DNA of 64,000 nt, from the NCBI RefSeq assembly GCF_963921235.1, contig NC_086097.1:165852001-165916000 (forward strand). The letters are read 5' to 3'. This DNA comes from Mobula hypostoma. Its lineage: Eukaryota. How positions within the stretch are numbered: the stretch's first letter is position 1; every line of letters begins with the position of its first letter. Below are positions 37,797-52,094 of the stretch, in pieces. The notes beneath the pieces were generated by a model that did no database searches, was not told the DNA's origin, and saw only the letters and a list, made by a program, of their open reading frames with translations. The translations under genes and the position numbers were made by a program.

Positions 37797-40751
37797 TTAT
37801 GGAGTATAAGAAATGCAAGAGAACACTGAAGAAAGAAATCATGAGGACTAAAAGAAGGCATGAGGTTCCCTCAGCAGACAAGGTGAAGGAGAATCCTAAG
37901 GGATTCTATAGCTATGTTAAGAGAAAAGTATTACAAGGGACAAAATTGGTCCTCTGGAAGGTCAGAATGATAATCTATTCGTGGTGCCAAAAGAGATTGG
38001 GGAGATCTTAAATGGATTTTTTTTTTTTTTTGCATCTGTATTTACTCATGAGATGGACATAGTCGATAGAAGTGAGGCAAAGCAGCAGCGAGGTCGTGGA
38101 CGGTTTACAGATTACAGAGGAGGAGGTGTTTGCTGTCTTAGGGCAAATTAGGATGGAGAAGTTTCCACAGCTTGACAAGTTGTTCCCTGTGAGAGGCAAA
38201 TGCAGAAATTGCAGGGGCTCTAGCAGAGATATTTAAATTATTCCCAAGTGACAGGTGATTGGAGGATAGCTAATGTCGTTCTTTTGTTTTAAGAAAGGCT
38301 CCAAGAATAAGCTAGAAAATTATAGGCCAGTGAGCCTGACATCAGTAGTGGGAAATTTATTGGAAGATATTCTAAGGGACTGGATATATGAGTATTTGGA
38401 GAGAAGTGGGCTGATTAGGGATTGTCAGCATGGCTTTGCATGTGGCAGTTGTGTCTAACCAATTTTATAGAACTTTTCAAGGACATTACCAGAAAAGTTG
38501 ATGAAGACAAGGCAGTGGATGTTGTGTATATGGACTATAGAAGGTTGCCCTTCTGAGTGGAGGCTCGTGACTAGCGGAGTGCTGCAGATATCGGTGCTGG
38601 GTCTGTTGTTTGTCATCTATAGCAGTGAATTGGATGATAGTGTGGTTAACTAGTTAAGCAAATTTGCAGATTACACTAAGACTTGGCATGTATTGGTTTA
38701 GCAAGGAAGACTATCAGCTTGTAGCGGGATATGGACCAGCTGGAAAAATGGGTTGAAAAATTGCAGATGGAATTTAATGCAGAGAAATGTGGACGTAGCA
38801 CTTCAGTAGGACCAACCAGGGCAAGTCTTGCACGGTGAATGGTAAGGCACTGAGGAGTACAGTAGAACAAAGTGATCTGGGAATACAGGTCCATAATTCA
38901 TTGAAGGTGGTGGTGCAAGAAGATAGGGTCGCAAAGAAAGCTTTTGGCACATTGGCCTTTATAAATCAAGGTATTAAGTACATAAAATGGAATATTATGT
39001 TGGAAGTTGTTTAAGACATTGGTGAGGCCTAATTTAGAGTATTTTGTGCTGTTTTGGTCACCCACCGATAGCATAGATGCAAGTAAGATTGAAAGAATAC
39101 AGAGAAAGTTTACAAGGATGTAGCTGGGACTGGAGGATTGAAGTGTGTGGAAAGATTGAATAATTTAGGACTTTATTCCTTGGAACGTAGGAGGTTGAGA
39201 GGAGATTTGATAAAGGTATACGAAATTATGAGGGGTATAGATCGGGTAAAAGCAAGCAGATATTTTCGCACTGAGATTGAATGGGACTACAGCTCGAGGT
39301 CATGGGTCGGGGTGAAAGGATAAAAGCTTAAGGGGAACATGAGGGAAAACTTTTTCATTCAGGGTGGTGAGAATCTGGAACAAGCTGCCAGTACAAGTGG
39401 TGGATGCGATTTTTGTAAGAGAAGGTTGGATCCATACATGGATAGTAGGGGTATGGAGGGCTATGTTCTGTGCTCAAGTCACAGGAAATAGACAGGTTAA
39501 ATGGTTTGGCACGGACTAGATGGGCTGAAAAGGACCTCTTTCTTGTACTTTTCTGTGACAAGGACTCATTGAAGTAGATTGAGACATCAAGATTCTGATA
39601 ACTAAAGGGATAAAAGCTGTCTTTGAATACTTACTTTCAACAGTAGTCACTTCCTTCTGAATATCTTGCCCTTTACCCCTATAAATATGTAACATTTTTG
39701 TATAATGCTAGGTCTTGTCAAGTCACGAAAAGCCTTACTTATGGAAATCTGATTTTATGCAAATCCTTCCATTTATTTTTAAAGTACTTTATAAGCTGGT
39801 AATAAATTTATCATAGTATTCACTAAGTAGTGTTGGGTGATTACTGACAAGTATTGTTTGCATGATTTTTTTTTCTCCCCATGATTTGTGTGCATGGGGA
39901 GTTGGTCTTTTTAAAATTGGGTTCTTTTGAGTTTCTTGGTTTGTGGCTGCATGTAAGCAAGCAATTCTCAAGGTTGCACAATTCTTTGATAATAAGCATA
40001 CTGTGAAGCTCTGAAGTATGTATAGTGGTAGGATATAGAACATGAATATATGGGTTAGATTTCAGATGTATTTATCACATCTACGTTAAAACGTACAGCA
40101 AAATGTGTCACTTGCTTTACGAGCCAATTCAACCCAAGGATGTACTGGGGGGTAGTCTGCAAATGTCACCACACGTTCTGGTGCCAACATTGCATGCCCA
40201 TAATGTTTTAAACTACAAAAGTAACAACAACATTAGAACAGCAATAAAAGAACAAAATCAAAACAAGCCCCTTCCTTCCCTAATCCACACTCACCCATCC
40301 ACTCACACTCACAAATAAGCCTTTACCCCCAGGTCAGGCCACCTCTGGGCTTCCAGCAGATTTGTGGACTCACAAGCATTGGACTTCTGTTATCAGCCTC
40401 GACTTCTGGACTTGCTGACTTTGGTATTTGACTTTTGGGCTTTGATCTTTTGGTGTCGATCTCATAACTTGCTGATGACTGGACCTCAAATTCCAGGTCC
40501 ACTTGCCTCCTGCCTTCATTTACTTTTAATCCTGAGACCTGCTGACGTTGGTTGTGGGGGGGGGGGGGAGGTCACCAGCTCTTCCTCGCTGGCCTTTGTC
40601 CACAGTGCTTTCCAGTCTGACATCCATCCATGAGGCTTACGGCATATGGAATATGACCTGGACTCTGGCTTGACATTTAGCTTGTGCACATCCGTTCTTA
40701 AGCCCTAACCTTGCCTCTTAAGCACCTTGCTCTGTCTCCAAGGCCACCCTT

Positions 40752-43072
40752 AGAACCAGAACACTACAGCACAGAAAACAGGCCGTTCAGCCCTTCTAGT
40801 CTGTGCTGAAGCGTTATTCCGCTAGTCCCATTGACCTGCATCCAGTCCATAACCCTCCAGACCGCTCTCATCCATGTACCTATCCAATTTATTCTTAAAA
40901 CTTAAGAGTAAGCCCGCATTTACCACATCAGATGGCAGCTCGTTCCACACTCCCACCACTCTGAGTGAAGAAGTTCCCCCTAAACCTTTCCCCTTTCACC
41001 CTAAAGCTATGTCCTCTCGTATTTATCTCTCCTAATTTAAATGGAAAGAGCCTATTCACATTTACTCTGTCTATACCCCTCATAATTTTGTAAACCTCTA
41101 TCAGATCTCCCCTGATTCTTCAACGCTCCAAGGAATAAAGTCCTAACCTGTTCAATTTTTCCCTGTAACTCAACTCCTGAAGATCCGGCAACATCCTAGT
41201 AAATATTCTGTGCTCTCTTTCAATCTTACTGATATCCTTCCTATAGTTAGGTGACCAGAACTGTACACAGTACTCCAAATTTGGCCTCACCAATGTCTTA
41301 TCAACCTCTCCATAACATCCCAATTCCTATACTCAATACTTTGATTTATGAATGCCAGGATGCCAAAAGCTTTGTTTACAACCCCGTCTACCTGTGACGC
41401 CACTTTCAGGGAATTATGTATCTGAACTCCCAGATCTCATTGTTCCTCCACACTCCTCAGTGCCCTACCGTTTACTGTGTATGTCCTACCTTGATTTGTC
41501 CTTCCAAAATGCAACACCTCACACCTGTCTACATTAAGTTCTATCTGCCATTTTCTGGCCCATTTTTCCAGTTGGTCCAGATCCCTCTGCAAGCTTAGAA
41601 AGCCTTCCTCTCTGTCCACAATGCCTCCAGTCTTAGTGTCATCAGTAAACTTGCTGATCCAATTTACCACATTATTATCTAGATCATTGATATGGACAAC
41701 AAACAACAATGGCCCCAGCACAGATCCTTGAGGCACACCACTAGTCACAGGCCTCTAGTCTGAGAAGCAACCATCTGCTACCACTCTCTGTCTTCTCCCA
41801 CATAGCCAATTTCGAATCCAGTTTACAACCTCTCCATGGATACCTAGTGTCTGAACCTACTGAACTAACCTCCCCTGTGGGACCTTGTCAATGGTCTTAC
41901 TGAAGTCCATGTAGACAACATCCACAGCTTTTCCTTTGTCTACTTTCTTGGTAACCTCAAAAAAACTCTACCAGATTCGTTAAACACGATCTACCACGCA
42001 CAAAGCCATGCTGACTATCCTTAATCAGCCTTTGGCTGTCCAAAAATTTGTATATCCGATCTCTCAGTACACCTTCCAATAATTTACCTACTACTGATGT
42101 CAGGCTCACTGGCCTGTAATTACTTTGTTTACTTTTGGAGCCTTGTTTAAACAACGGAACAACATAAGCTACCCTCCAATCCTCTGGCACCATACCCGTG
42201 GCTAAGGACATTTTAAATATTTCTGCCAGGGCCCCTGTAATTTCTACACTAGTCTCTCTCAAGGTCCGAGGAAATATCATGTCAGACCCGGGGGATTTAC
42301 CTACCTTTATTTGCTGTAAGGCAGCAAGCACCACCTCCTCTTTAAACTCTATATGTTCCATAACAATGCTGCTTGTTTCCCTTCCTTCCATATACGCTAT
42401 GTCAGTTTCCTGAGTAAATACTGATGCAAAAAAATTGTTTAAGATCTCCCCCCATCTCATGAGGCTCCACACATTGATGACCACTTTGATCTTCTAGGGC
42501 ACCAATTTTGTCCCTTACTATCCTTTTACTCTTAATATACTTGTTTACCTTCACATTATCTGCCAAAGCAAACTCATGTCTTTTTGCCTTCCTGATTTCC
42601 TCCTTTAGTATTTTCATAGATTTTTCTATACTTTTCAAGTACTTCATTTGTTCCTTGTTGCCTATGCCTGCTATACACCTCTCTCTTTTTCTTAACCAGA
42701 TTGCCAATATCCTTTGAAAACCAAGGTTCCCTATGCCTGTTAACTTTGCCTTTAATCCTGGCAGGAACATGCAAACTTGAAACTAATGACATTATGGTCA
42801 CAGGACCCAAAAAGTTCACCTGCACATACTTCTGTCACCTCACCTGTCTGGTTCCCTAATAGGAGATCAGGTATTGCATCCTCTGTCATTGGTACCTCTA
42901 GATATTGATTTAGAAAACTTTCCTGAACACATTTGACAAACTCCACGCTATCTAACCCTTTCACAGTGTGGGAGTCCCAGTCAATATGTGGAAAGTTAAA
43001 ATCCCCTACTATTGCAACTTGCTGTTTTTTGCATCGGTCTGCTATCTCTCTACAGATTTGCTCCTCCAATTC
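40752..43072 (-). mobile_element. CR1-type LINE
   Basis: IVGDFNFPHIDW, NYRPVSLTSVVGK, GVPQGSVLGP and LVRPNLEYCVQFWSP. Confidence 0.9.
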
Positions 43073-44246
43073 TGTCCTTAAAAACCCAAGAAAAAAACAA
43101 GTCTGAGCCATGACCTCGGAAGGGACCATAGCTCCATGGCATCTTGACTAGAAGTTATTATATCCTTGCAAGCCAATAAAAAACTATGAACCATGACCTT
43201 GACAGAGACCATAGCTAAGTGCCACCTTGACTGAAAGTTATAGAAAACAGAAATTACTAACTTGGTTTGGATTTTTATTGCCCATCTCCAGTTGCTGCCA
43301 CCTTTGAACTCTGCTTCCATTTTGGTGGTTATACTCCCATATTGCTGTTGTTGGAGGCAGGTGGGGGGAGGGGTTGGGATGTGGTTACAGGGTTTGGATG
43401 ATGGAGCAGTAACAAGCCTCCATGCCCATGGCCTTCAGATCTGAGTGTGATATGGAGGAGGCTATTTTCCATCGCTACATTTGCTATCTAGTCACCATGG
43501 GTTACATATCTAGTATTATCTTTTGTCTTAATGAAAATGTTTGATGGAATTCAGTGATTTGTAGTCTGCTTCAAAGGTCAATAAAGAGATAACTATAGGT
43601 CTGGTCTGGGATAGTGCCTATAAATTGGAGATCAAGGTGGCAAATTTCCTCCCTTGACCAATATGTGTACCAGATGTGTTTCTTTATGATCACTTGGGGT
43701 TTGTGATCAGCATTACTGAGATTATTTTTGTTTCTAGCTAATTTAATTAATTACACAGCTGCTGCCTTCTCTGGATTACTAATCTGTTAATTTAATTACT
43801 GCTATCAATTTGCCTCTCCTGCACTGTTCCCTGAATATTTTAATTTGTATTCACAATATCTTAATGTACAGTGTATTTATAAGAAATTAAAAAATATTTT
43901 ACCATTGCAGTTAACTTACAGGATTTAGTTCAAGTACTTTTGTGATCTTTTGAGCATAGAAAGTAGAAGATGCACAACGTTTATGTCACTGTGATCTTTG
44001 GAACTAGATTCTACAATGATGCATTTTTGCACCAATGGAAAAAATCTATGCAACACCAAAGGAACCTAGATTGGTTCCTTTAGCAAACAGCAGGCTTGGG
44101 TAGCTATTTTGTTTAATGTGAGCATACATATTGTATTTTAATTTGGGATGTGAGCACAATCACATCCTGGACAGCAGCTTTAAATGGTCATTTAATTACT
44201 GATACCTGGCCTCTTCAAAGCTAACATTTCTGTTTTCTCTCTCCAG

Positions 44247-44350
44247 TAATGTTGCAGCCTTTTGACTATGATCCCAATGAGAAAAGCAAACATAAATTCA
44301 TGGTACAAACAGTCTATGCTCCACCTGGTGCTGCAGATATGGATGCAGTA
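44247..44350 (+). CDS. VAPA: VAP exon 3 equivalent, MSP domain
   Basis: tctctccag|TA ATG...GCA GTA|gtaagt, 104 bp. Encodes [35 protein letters not shown]. Confidence 0.95.
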
Positions 44351-44544
44351 GTAAGTATTATATTTTACCAGGTAAAGGATTTGCTGCTAAAATATGTTTT
44401 CTACAAAAACTGGGACTGATTTTTCTAGGGCCTACATTTTATAGAAAGCATTATTTGGCTTTAATGTACTGTACAAAGCATTACTGACTATAATTAATGT
44501 ATTAAACAAATCCTTCCTAGTCCTACACCTAACCTAATGTCAAT

Positions 44545-47500
44545 ATAGAATATGGAGCTTTTACAAGCTCTTCTGCTCAGGATGTTGTCCCAGCCTTTCA
44601 ACCTACTCCAAGATCAATCTAGCCCTTCCCTCCCACATAGCCTGTTTTTTCTTTCATTCATGTCCCCATCTAAAGTCTTTTAAATCTCCCTAATTTATCT
44701 GCCTGTACTATTACTCCTGGCAGTGCATTCCATTTGCTTACCACTCATTGTGTTTTAAAAACAAAACTACCTCTGATATTCCCCCTGTACTATCTTCTAA
44801 TCACCTTAAAATAATGTCATCTTGTATTACTGATTGCCATCCTGTGAAAATGGTGCTGACTGTCAGCTCTGTCTGTGCTTCTTATCATCTTGTACACCTC
44901 TGTCAAGTCTCTCTCAAGTCTCTCTCATTCTCTTGCTCCAAAGAGAAAAGACTTTTCTCATAAACTTTTCTCAACCTTTTCTCATAAGATATGCTCTCTA
45001 ATCCAAGCAGCATCCTGGTAAATCTCCTCTGCTCCCTCTCTTAATTCTTTCTATAATGTGACCAGAACTGTACACAATACTCCCATATGTGGTCTAACCA
45101 GAGTTTTATTGAGCTGCAACATTACTTCATAGCTCTAGTACTCAATCCGATTAATGAGCCATCACAACATGCGCCTTCTTAACCACCCTGTCAACTTAAG
45201 CAGGAGCTTAAAGGGATCTGTGGAAGTGGACCCCAGAATTCTGCTGTTGCTCCACACTGCTAAGAATCCTGCTATTAACATTAGATTCTGCCTTCAAGTT
45301 TAACCTTCCAAAGTGTATCACTTCACTCTTGTCCTGATTGAACTTCATCTGCCATTTCTCAGCTCACCTCAGCTCTGCGTCTGATCTATGTCCCTTTATA
45401 ATCTATGACAATCTTCTACATTGGGGGTTCCCAACCTATATCCAGGAACTCATTCGTTAAAGGTAAGGGTCTATGGCATAAAAAATTGGTGGGAACCCTA
45501 CACTATCCACAACTACACCTAAGTTGTGGATTAGTAAGTTTGCAGTTTTGTGTTACTGCAAACTTACTAATCCACCCTTCCACTTCTACACCTAAGTCGT
45601 TTATAAAAATCTCAAAGAGTAGGGTTTCCAGGACAGATCTGCAGAACCCCACTGGTCAACGACTTCTAGGCAGAATACTACCTCCCTCTGCCATCTGTGG
45701 GCAAGCCAATTCTGTATCTACACAGCCAAATTTCCCTGGATCCCATGCCTCATGACTTTCTGAATGCATCTACCATGGGGAATATTGTCCAACACCTTAC
45801 TAAAATCCACATACACATATCCACTGCTCTATTTGTTTTGTTACTTTCTCGAAGAATTCAATCAGGCTTTTAAAGCATGAGCTGTCCCTCACAAAGCTAT
45901 GTTGACTATCCCTAAGCAGACTGCTTCTTTAAATGCTTCTAAATTCTGTCTTAAAAATCTTCAGTGGTTTGCCCACCACTGATGGTCTTGGTGGTCTTTA
46001 GTTCTCAGGATTACCCCTATTACCTTCATGAACAAAGGAATAACGTTTGCTACTGTCCAATCTACTTTTACGACTCCTGTGACCAGTGAGGATGCAAAGA
46101 TCATCGCCAAAGGCTCAGCAATCTCTTCCCTCGCTTCCTGTACCTGGGATATATTGTGTTTGGCCCTGGGGACCTAATTCTGATTCTATCCTAATGTTTC
46201 AAAAGTTCCAGCATGTGTTCCTTAACATCGATATGTTCCAGCATATTAGCCAGTTCTGTATTGACCTCACTTTCATGAAGATCCATCTCATTGGTGAATA
46301 CTGAAGCAAAGTATCCATCAAGGTCTTCCCCCATCTTCTGTGACTCCAGATACATTTCCTTTTCTGCCCCAGATCAGTCCTACCCTCACTCTAGTCAACC
46401 TCCAGGTATATGTAAAATGCCTTAAGATTTAGTGTAATTCTATTTAGCAAGATCTTCTCATGTCCTCTTCTAGCCCCCCTGAGTTCCTTCCTGACTGCCT
46501 TATAATTCTTGAGTCCTATCTGAGTCTTACTTCCTGAGCCTTAAGTATGCTTCCTCCTTTCTCTTGACTAGATGTTTGACTTCTCTTGTCAATCATGGTT
46601 CCTTCACCCTTTCAGCTTTACCCTGCATCAGTGGAACAAACCTATCCAGAAACCCATGCAAGTGTTCCCTAAACAACATCCACATTTCCATTGTACATTT
46701 CCCTGAGTAGTACATCTGTTCCCAATTCCTTCCTAATGGCATTATAATTCACCCTCCCCCAATTAAATATTTTCCCATTCTGTCTGCTCCTATCCTATAC
46801 AGGGCTATGGTGAAGGTTGGAGTTGTGGTCACTGTCCCTGAGCTGTCACCCACTAAGGGATTTGTCACGTACCAAGGTTCATTGCCCAGGACTAGATCCA
46901 ATATGGTTTCTTCAGTCAGCCTGCCCACATATTGTGGCAGAAATCCTTCCTGGACATATTTAACAAATTCTACCCTATTTAAACCTTTTGCAGTAAAGAG
47001 GTGTCAATCACTATTGGGGAAGTTTAATTCACTCATGACAACATCCTTGTTATTTTTGCACCTTTCCAAAATATGCTTTCTGATCTGCTCCTTGTTTTTT
47101 CTGCTACTGTTGGGGCAGGATGGGGTGTGGGTTCCATAGAATACTCCCAATAGGGTGATTGCTCTCTTACCATTTTTGACTTAGACCCAGACTGACTTAG
47201 TAGACAATCCCTCTACAATGTTCTCCCTTTCTGCGATACTATCCCTGATTATCAATGCCACTTCCCCACCTCTTTTACCTCCCTCCCTGTTCCTCTTGAA
47301 ACATCTAAAGCCCAGAACATATAAAAGCCATGCCTGTCCTTACGACTGTCAGGTCTCCTTAATGGCCACAATGTACTGATGTACTGATCCATACTGGAAG
47401 TTCATTACCCTTGTTTCTGATACTTCTCGCATTAAAGTATGCATTTAAATCCATCCAGCTAACTGCATTGGTTATCCTTCATCATTGTCTCAACATGTTG

Positions 47501-48240
47501 CATTTACCTTTACACTAACTGCTCCGTCCTCTGACCTATAACTTTAGTTCCCATTCCTCTGACAACCTACTTTAAATTCTCCCCAAAAACTCTAGCAAAC
47601 CTGCCGTCAAGGACATTGGTCTCCCTTGAGTTCAGGTGTAACACATCACTTTTATGCAGGTCATACTTTCTCCAGAAGAGACCCCAGTGATCTGCACATC
47701 TGAAACCCTTCCCTCTGCAACAATTCTTTAGGTACACATTCATCTGCCACATCATCCCCCACTTACTCTTATTGGCACATTAAACAATCTGAGATGACTA
47801 CCCTTAAGATCCTGCTTTTTAGCTTTCTACCTAGTTCCCTATATTCGGTCTTCAGGAACTCATCCCTTTTCCTAACTATGTCATTGGTACCAATATGTAC
47901 CATGACTTTTGACCACCCTTGTTTTAGACCTGATCTGAGATGTCACTGATCTGGCACCTGGAAGGCAACATAGCATCCAGGAGTTTCTTTCGTGTCCACC
48001 ATTGAATTCCTTTTCACCACCATTCTCCTCTTCTTTCCTTCTCTCTCCCCCCCCCCCCTTCCCTTCTGAGCCACAGAGATAGACTTAGTGCTAGAGACCT
48101 AGTTGCTGTGGCGTTCCCCTGGTAGATCGTACCCCCACAGTCTCCAAAGCAGTTATTGAAAGGAATGGCCACAGGGGTACTCTGCACTGTCTGACTATTC
48201 CCTTTCCCTCACCTAGTAGTCACCCAGTAATTACCTGCAT
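44545..48240 (-). mobile_element. CR1-type LINE, old and degraded
   Basis: Recognisably similar to the other CR1 copies along its length, with many stops and deletions. Confidence 0.75.
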
Positions 48241-48244
48241 CAAT

Positions 48245-49400
48245 TGTTCATAAAATGTGGTCTGATCTTCATCTAAGGCAGAATCTGCCTAAACTAATAA
48301 CACACAAACAATTGTTCTTTTCATGTCTTTATTAAACACTTTGTTTAATCATTCACAGTCCAGGCTGGAAAAAGTATGTGAACCCTTGTATTTAATAACT
48401 GGTAAAACCTCCTTTAGCAGCAATAACCTCCACCAAATGTTTCCTGTAGCTGCTGATTACACTTGCACAACAGTGAGGAGGAATTTTCTTCATACAGAAT
48501 TGTTTTAGTTCATCAATATTTCTGGGATACCTTACATGAGCAGCCCTCTTCAGGTCATGCCATAGCATCTCAATTGGGTTAAGGTCTAGATTGTGACTTG
48601 GCCATTCCAAAACATGAATTTTATTTTTAAACCATTCTTTTGTTGATTTACTCTTGTGTTTTGGATCATTGTTGCATTATCTATTAAGCTTCTGGTAATG
48701 GACTGCTACCTCGACATTCTCCTGAAAAATGTCTTAATACAATTTTGAATTCATTATTCCCACAATGATTGCAAGCTGTCCAGCCCCTGAGGCAGCAAAG
48801 CAGCCCTAAACCATGATGCTCATTCTACTATGTTTCACAGTTGGGACGAGGTTTTGATGTTGGTGTGCAATGCGCTTTTTCTTCCAAACATAGCAATATG
48901 CACTTCTGCCAAAATGTTCAACTTTTGTCTTGTGTGTCCACAGAGCATTGTCCCAGAAGTGCTGTGGAACATCCAGCTGGTCTTTTGTAAACTTGATACA
49001 TGCAGTAATTATTTTTTTGAAGAGCTGTAGTTTCTTCCATGGTGTCCTTCCATGAACACTATTCTTCTTCAGTCTTTTTCTTATAGTGGACACATGAATG
49101 GAGACTTTATCAAGTTCTAGAGATTTTTACAGGTCTTTTGCTGTTACCCCTGAGTTCTTTTTCTCCCCTTTCAACATTCCAAGTTGTGGTCTTGGTGTGA
49201 TCTTTGCAGGATGCTCACTCCTAGGGAGACTAACAACAGTACTGAACTTACTCCATCTGTAGACAATTTCTCTTACTGTGGACTGGTGAACTCTCAGATC
49301 TTTAGAAATGCTTTTGTACCCTTTTCCAGCTTCATGCATCTCTACAATTCTTCTTCTAAGGTCCTCTGAAAATTGTTTTGATCGAGGCATGGTGCACTTA
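48245..49400 (-). mobile_element. Tc1-like transposon with frameshifted transposase
   Basis: MPRSKQFSEDLRRRIVEMHEAGKGYKSISKDL, PTVKH and EWPSHNLDLNPIEMLW..LK. Confidence 0.9.
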
Positions 49401-51556
49401 AGTGCCTAAGACATAGGAGCAGAATTAGGCTGTTTGACCCATTGACTCTGCTCCACCATGTAATCATGGCTGATCCTTTGTTTTTTCCTCTTCAGCCCCA
49501 TTCCCGGCTTTCTCCCCCAACCTTTGATAAAGATTTTTTATAGGGCAGGACATCTCTACAACTCACACCGCAAATCTCATTTCTTGGTTGATAGTTTCTT
49601 GATTAGTAAGGGCGTGAAAGGTTGTGGTGAGAAGGCAGAAGATGGGGTTGAGAGGGAACGTAAATCATCCATGGAGTCGACTTTGTGGGCTAAATGACAA
49701 TTTTGCTCCTATGTATTATGGTGTTATTTGACATGTAAATAATGAAGCTGAGTTTAAAAAGCATAGATCAAAACAGAAAGCAGATTTCAAATTTCAACAA
49801 CAGCATAGATCCAGCTTAAAAAGACTGCAGATGTTGAAATCAGGAGGAGAAAAAAAAAATAGATGAATTCATCAGGTCAGGGAGCATCTGTAAAGAGAAA
49901 TGGACGGTTAGGATCAGCTCTCTTGCTATTCATGTAATTGTATCATTACTGATCTTTTGCATCTTGATGTTCACAGGTGGAATTGGTGTCAAATATTATT
50001 TTAAATATCAAGTAAGTTGTAGACCGTTTAGTGAATGGAGGCAGGTCAGATTATGTTTCCTCTGTGCTTGATGGTGATGTTGATGACTGACAAACTCTAC
50101 AGAGATGGAAGGAACAATTTTTAATTGCAGGAAGAGCTTGAAGTTGGTGAGAATGGGAGTTAAAAGGCAGACTGAGATGGCATACTGCTGCTGATGGCAC
50201 ATAACTGTACTTCCTTTGAAGTTCTAGATCAATAGCAGCTCCTGAAAGTGTGGGGCTTCGTGGTGCTCATTGGATGTGGAAGATGGATCTTTATGAAGCA
50301 TGATTAAACAATGTTGGCCCTACTCTTGCAAGTCATGCTTTTCTTTAATTTTCTCTTGTTTCATCTATCTAGTAACTGCAGTTGCAGCAACAGTTCAGTG
50401 AAATGTATTGCCGTAAACTTTGCCAAATTACCAAACAATTTTGTTAGAATTTGTGATATAATTAGTAAGTGAAATGTAGTGAACACTGAACCCCTGAGCT
50501 TACTGCAGACTACTAAACTATTGGCCATAAGCTGGTGTCCTGATTGCAATCCAAGATGACTACCTATCGATGATGTGAGGTGCAAAATCCATTAACTATA
50601 CCTAATGGACCCCAAAATATGACAGCAATGCTTTACTGTCCTTGGAAAGTTAATGTTTTGTGGGAACATTCAATTCATTTTGCTATTGCTACTTTTCATG
50701 CCTGAGATTGCTCACAAGCTGCAGATGCAAGATGCAAAGGAAGGTTTAATTGCTTTGGAGTACCTGGAAAAAACTGAGTTGTGCAGAAAAACTTGGTGTT
50801 TGAAATGGGGTATAAATGGCATTGTGCTTTCTATTACCACCGTTGGATGCTTGAACTGCATGAGAAATATGCTACAACTTAAGTGAATGGTGCTAGAATA
50901 TTAGAGTGCACCTCATCAGAATGCTCTTTGCTCTATTCAAATGTTAAATTAACCATTAAAAAAAAACAGAAGACCTACAGCACAATGCTGTGCCGAACAT
51001 GTACTTACTTTAGAAATTACCTAGGGTTACCCATAGTCCTCTACTTTTCTAAGCCCCATGTACCTATTTCCTTGCATTGTCTGGGCTAATGCCCAGTTTT
51101 TCTGTGGATCTGTATAAATTTTATATATTAAAAAAATTAAGAACGTCCATTTGACAAATTTGAAAATATGACTACTTAAAATCTATATTTTGCTGGAAAC
51201 GATTTCACTCCAAAACTACGAAAGGAACTGAAGTAAGTCAAGTTTATTCCCTCCTTTTCTCATTTTCTTGAATTTAAAAATGCTGTTAATTTAGAAATAT
51301 CACAGATTTAAAAAAATATAACAGACATATGTATTTGCTGCTACATTCTTAGATGTGAGAATTACCTGAATCTTAGTTGATTTCCAATTTAGTCTTGATT
51401 TACGTTGTGGAATTGTATCTGGTGTGCAAATAGTGAGGTTTCTGAGTTCTGCTGATGCGAGTTCATCTTTTGCATCAATTTCTGTTGCCAGTTATTAGGT
51501 TTTATGTATGTTTACATTTAAGTTATTCATTCTTTTTTGTTTGTAAATTTCTTAAG

Positions 51557-51637
51557 TGGAAGGACGCAAAGCCAGAAGATCTGATGGACTCCAAACTCAG
51601 ATGTGTCTTTGAATTGCCATTTGAAAATGAGAAACCG
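51557..51637 (+). CDS. VAPA: VAP exon 4 equivalent, end of MSP domain
   Basis: tttcttaag|TGG...CCG|gtgag, 81 bp. Encodes [27 protein letters not shown]. Confidence 0.95.
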
Positions 51638-52094
51638 GTGAGAGAATAATGAGACAAAATATTCTTTGAGTTTTATTTTGATTGATATCAATGTATACGT
51701 TTAACTTTCTGTTTAGAACCCTTGAATGTCTGTAAGAGTAAAGCATATTTGATAAATAGGATAATTCATTAATTGCAAGGATATATGCTGAATTTTATGA
51801 TTGAATAATTTTCCCATTTTTTTCTTAAACAAATTGAAATATAGGACTTAAATTTTTAATTAATGTAGAAACACACTTTGGGGTATGTCACAGGAATAAT
51901 CTCTAATTGAGTCCAAGTCAAACGTTTGTTCAGTCTTTAAAGATGGAGTAATAAGTTAACAAGTGATATATTATCATAGGAGTCTCACTGACCAATATGC
52001 CTAACTGTGCTCACCCCATTTGCCTATGTTTGGACCATATCCCTTCAAATCTTTCCCATTACTATACCTATCAAAATATATTTTAAATGTAATC

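Larger units (their letters stand above)
34730..39560 (+). mobile_element. CR1-type LINE with three nested insertions
   Basis: Endonuclease (YFNAGSI) to RT (NYRPVSLTSVVG) and 3' end. Interrupted at 35359, 36667 and 36921. Confidence 0.85.
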
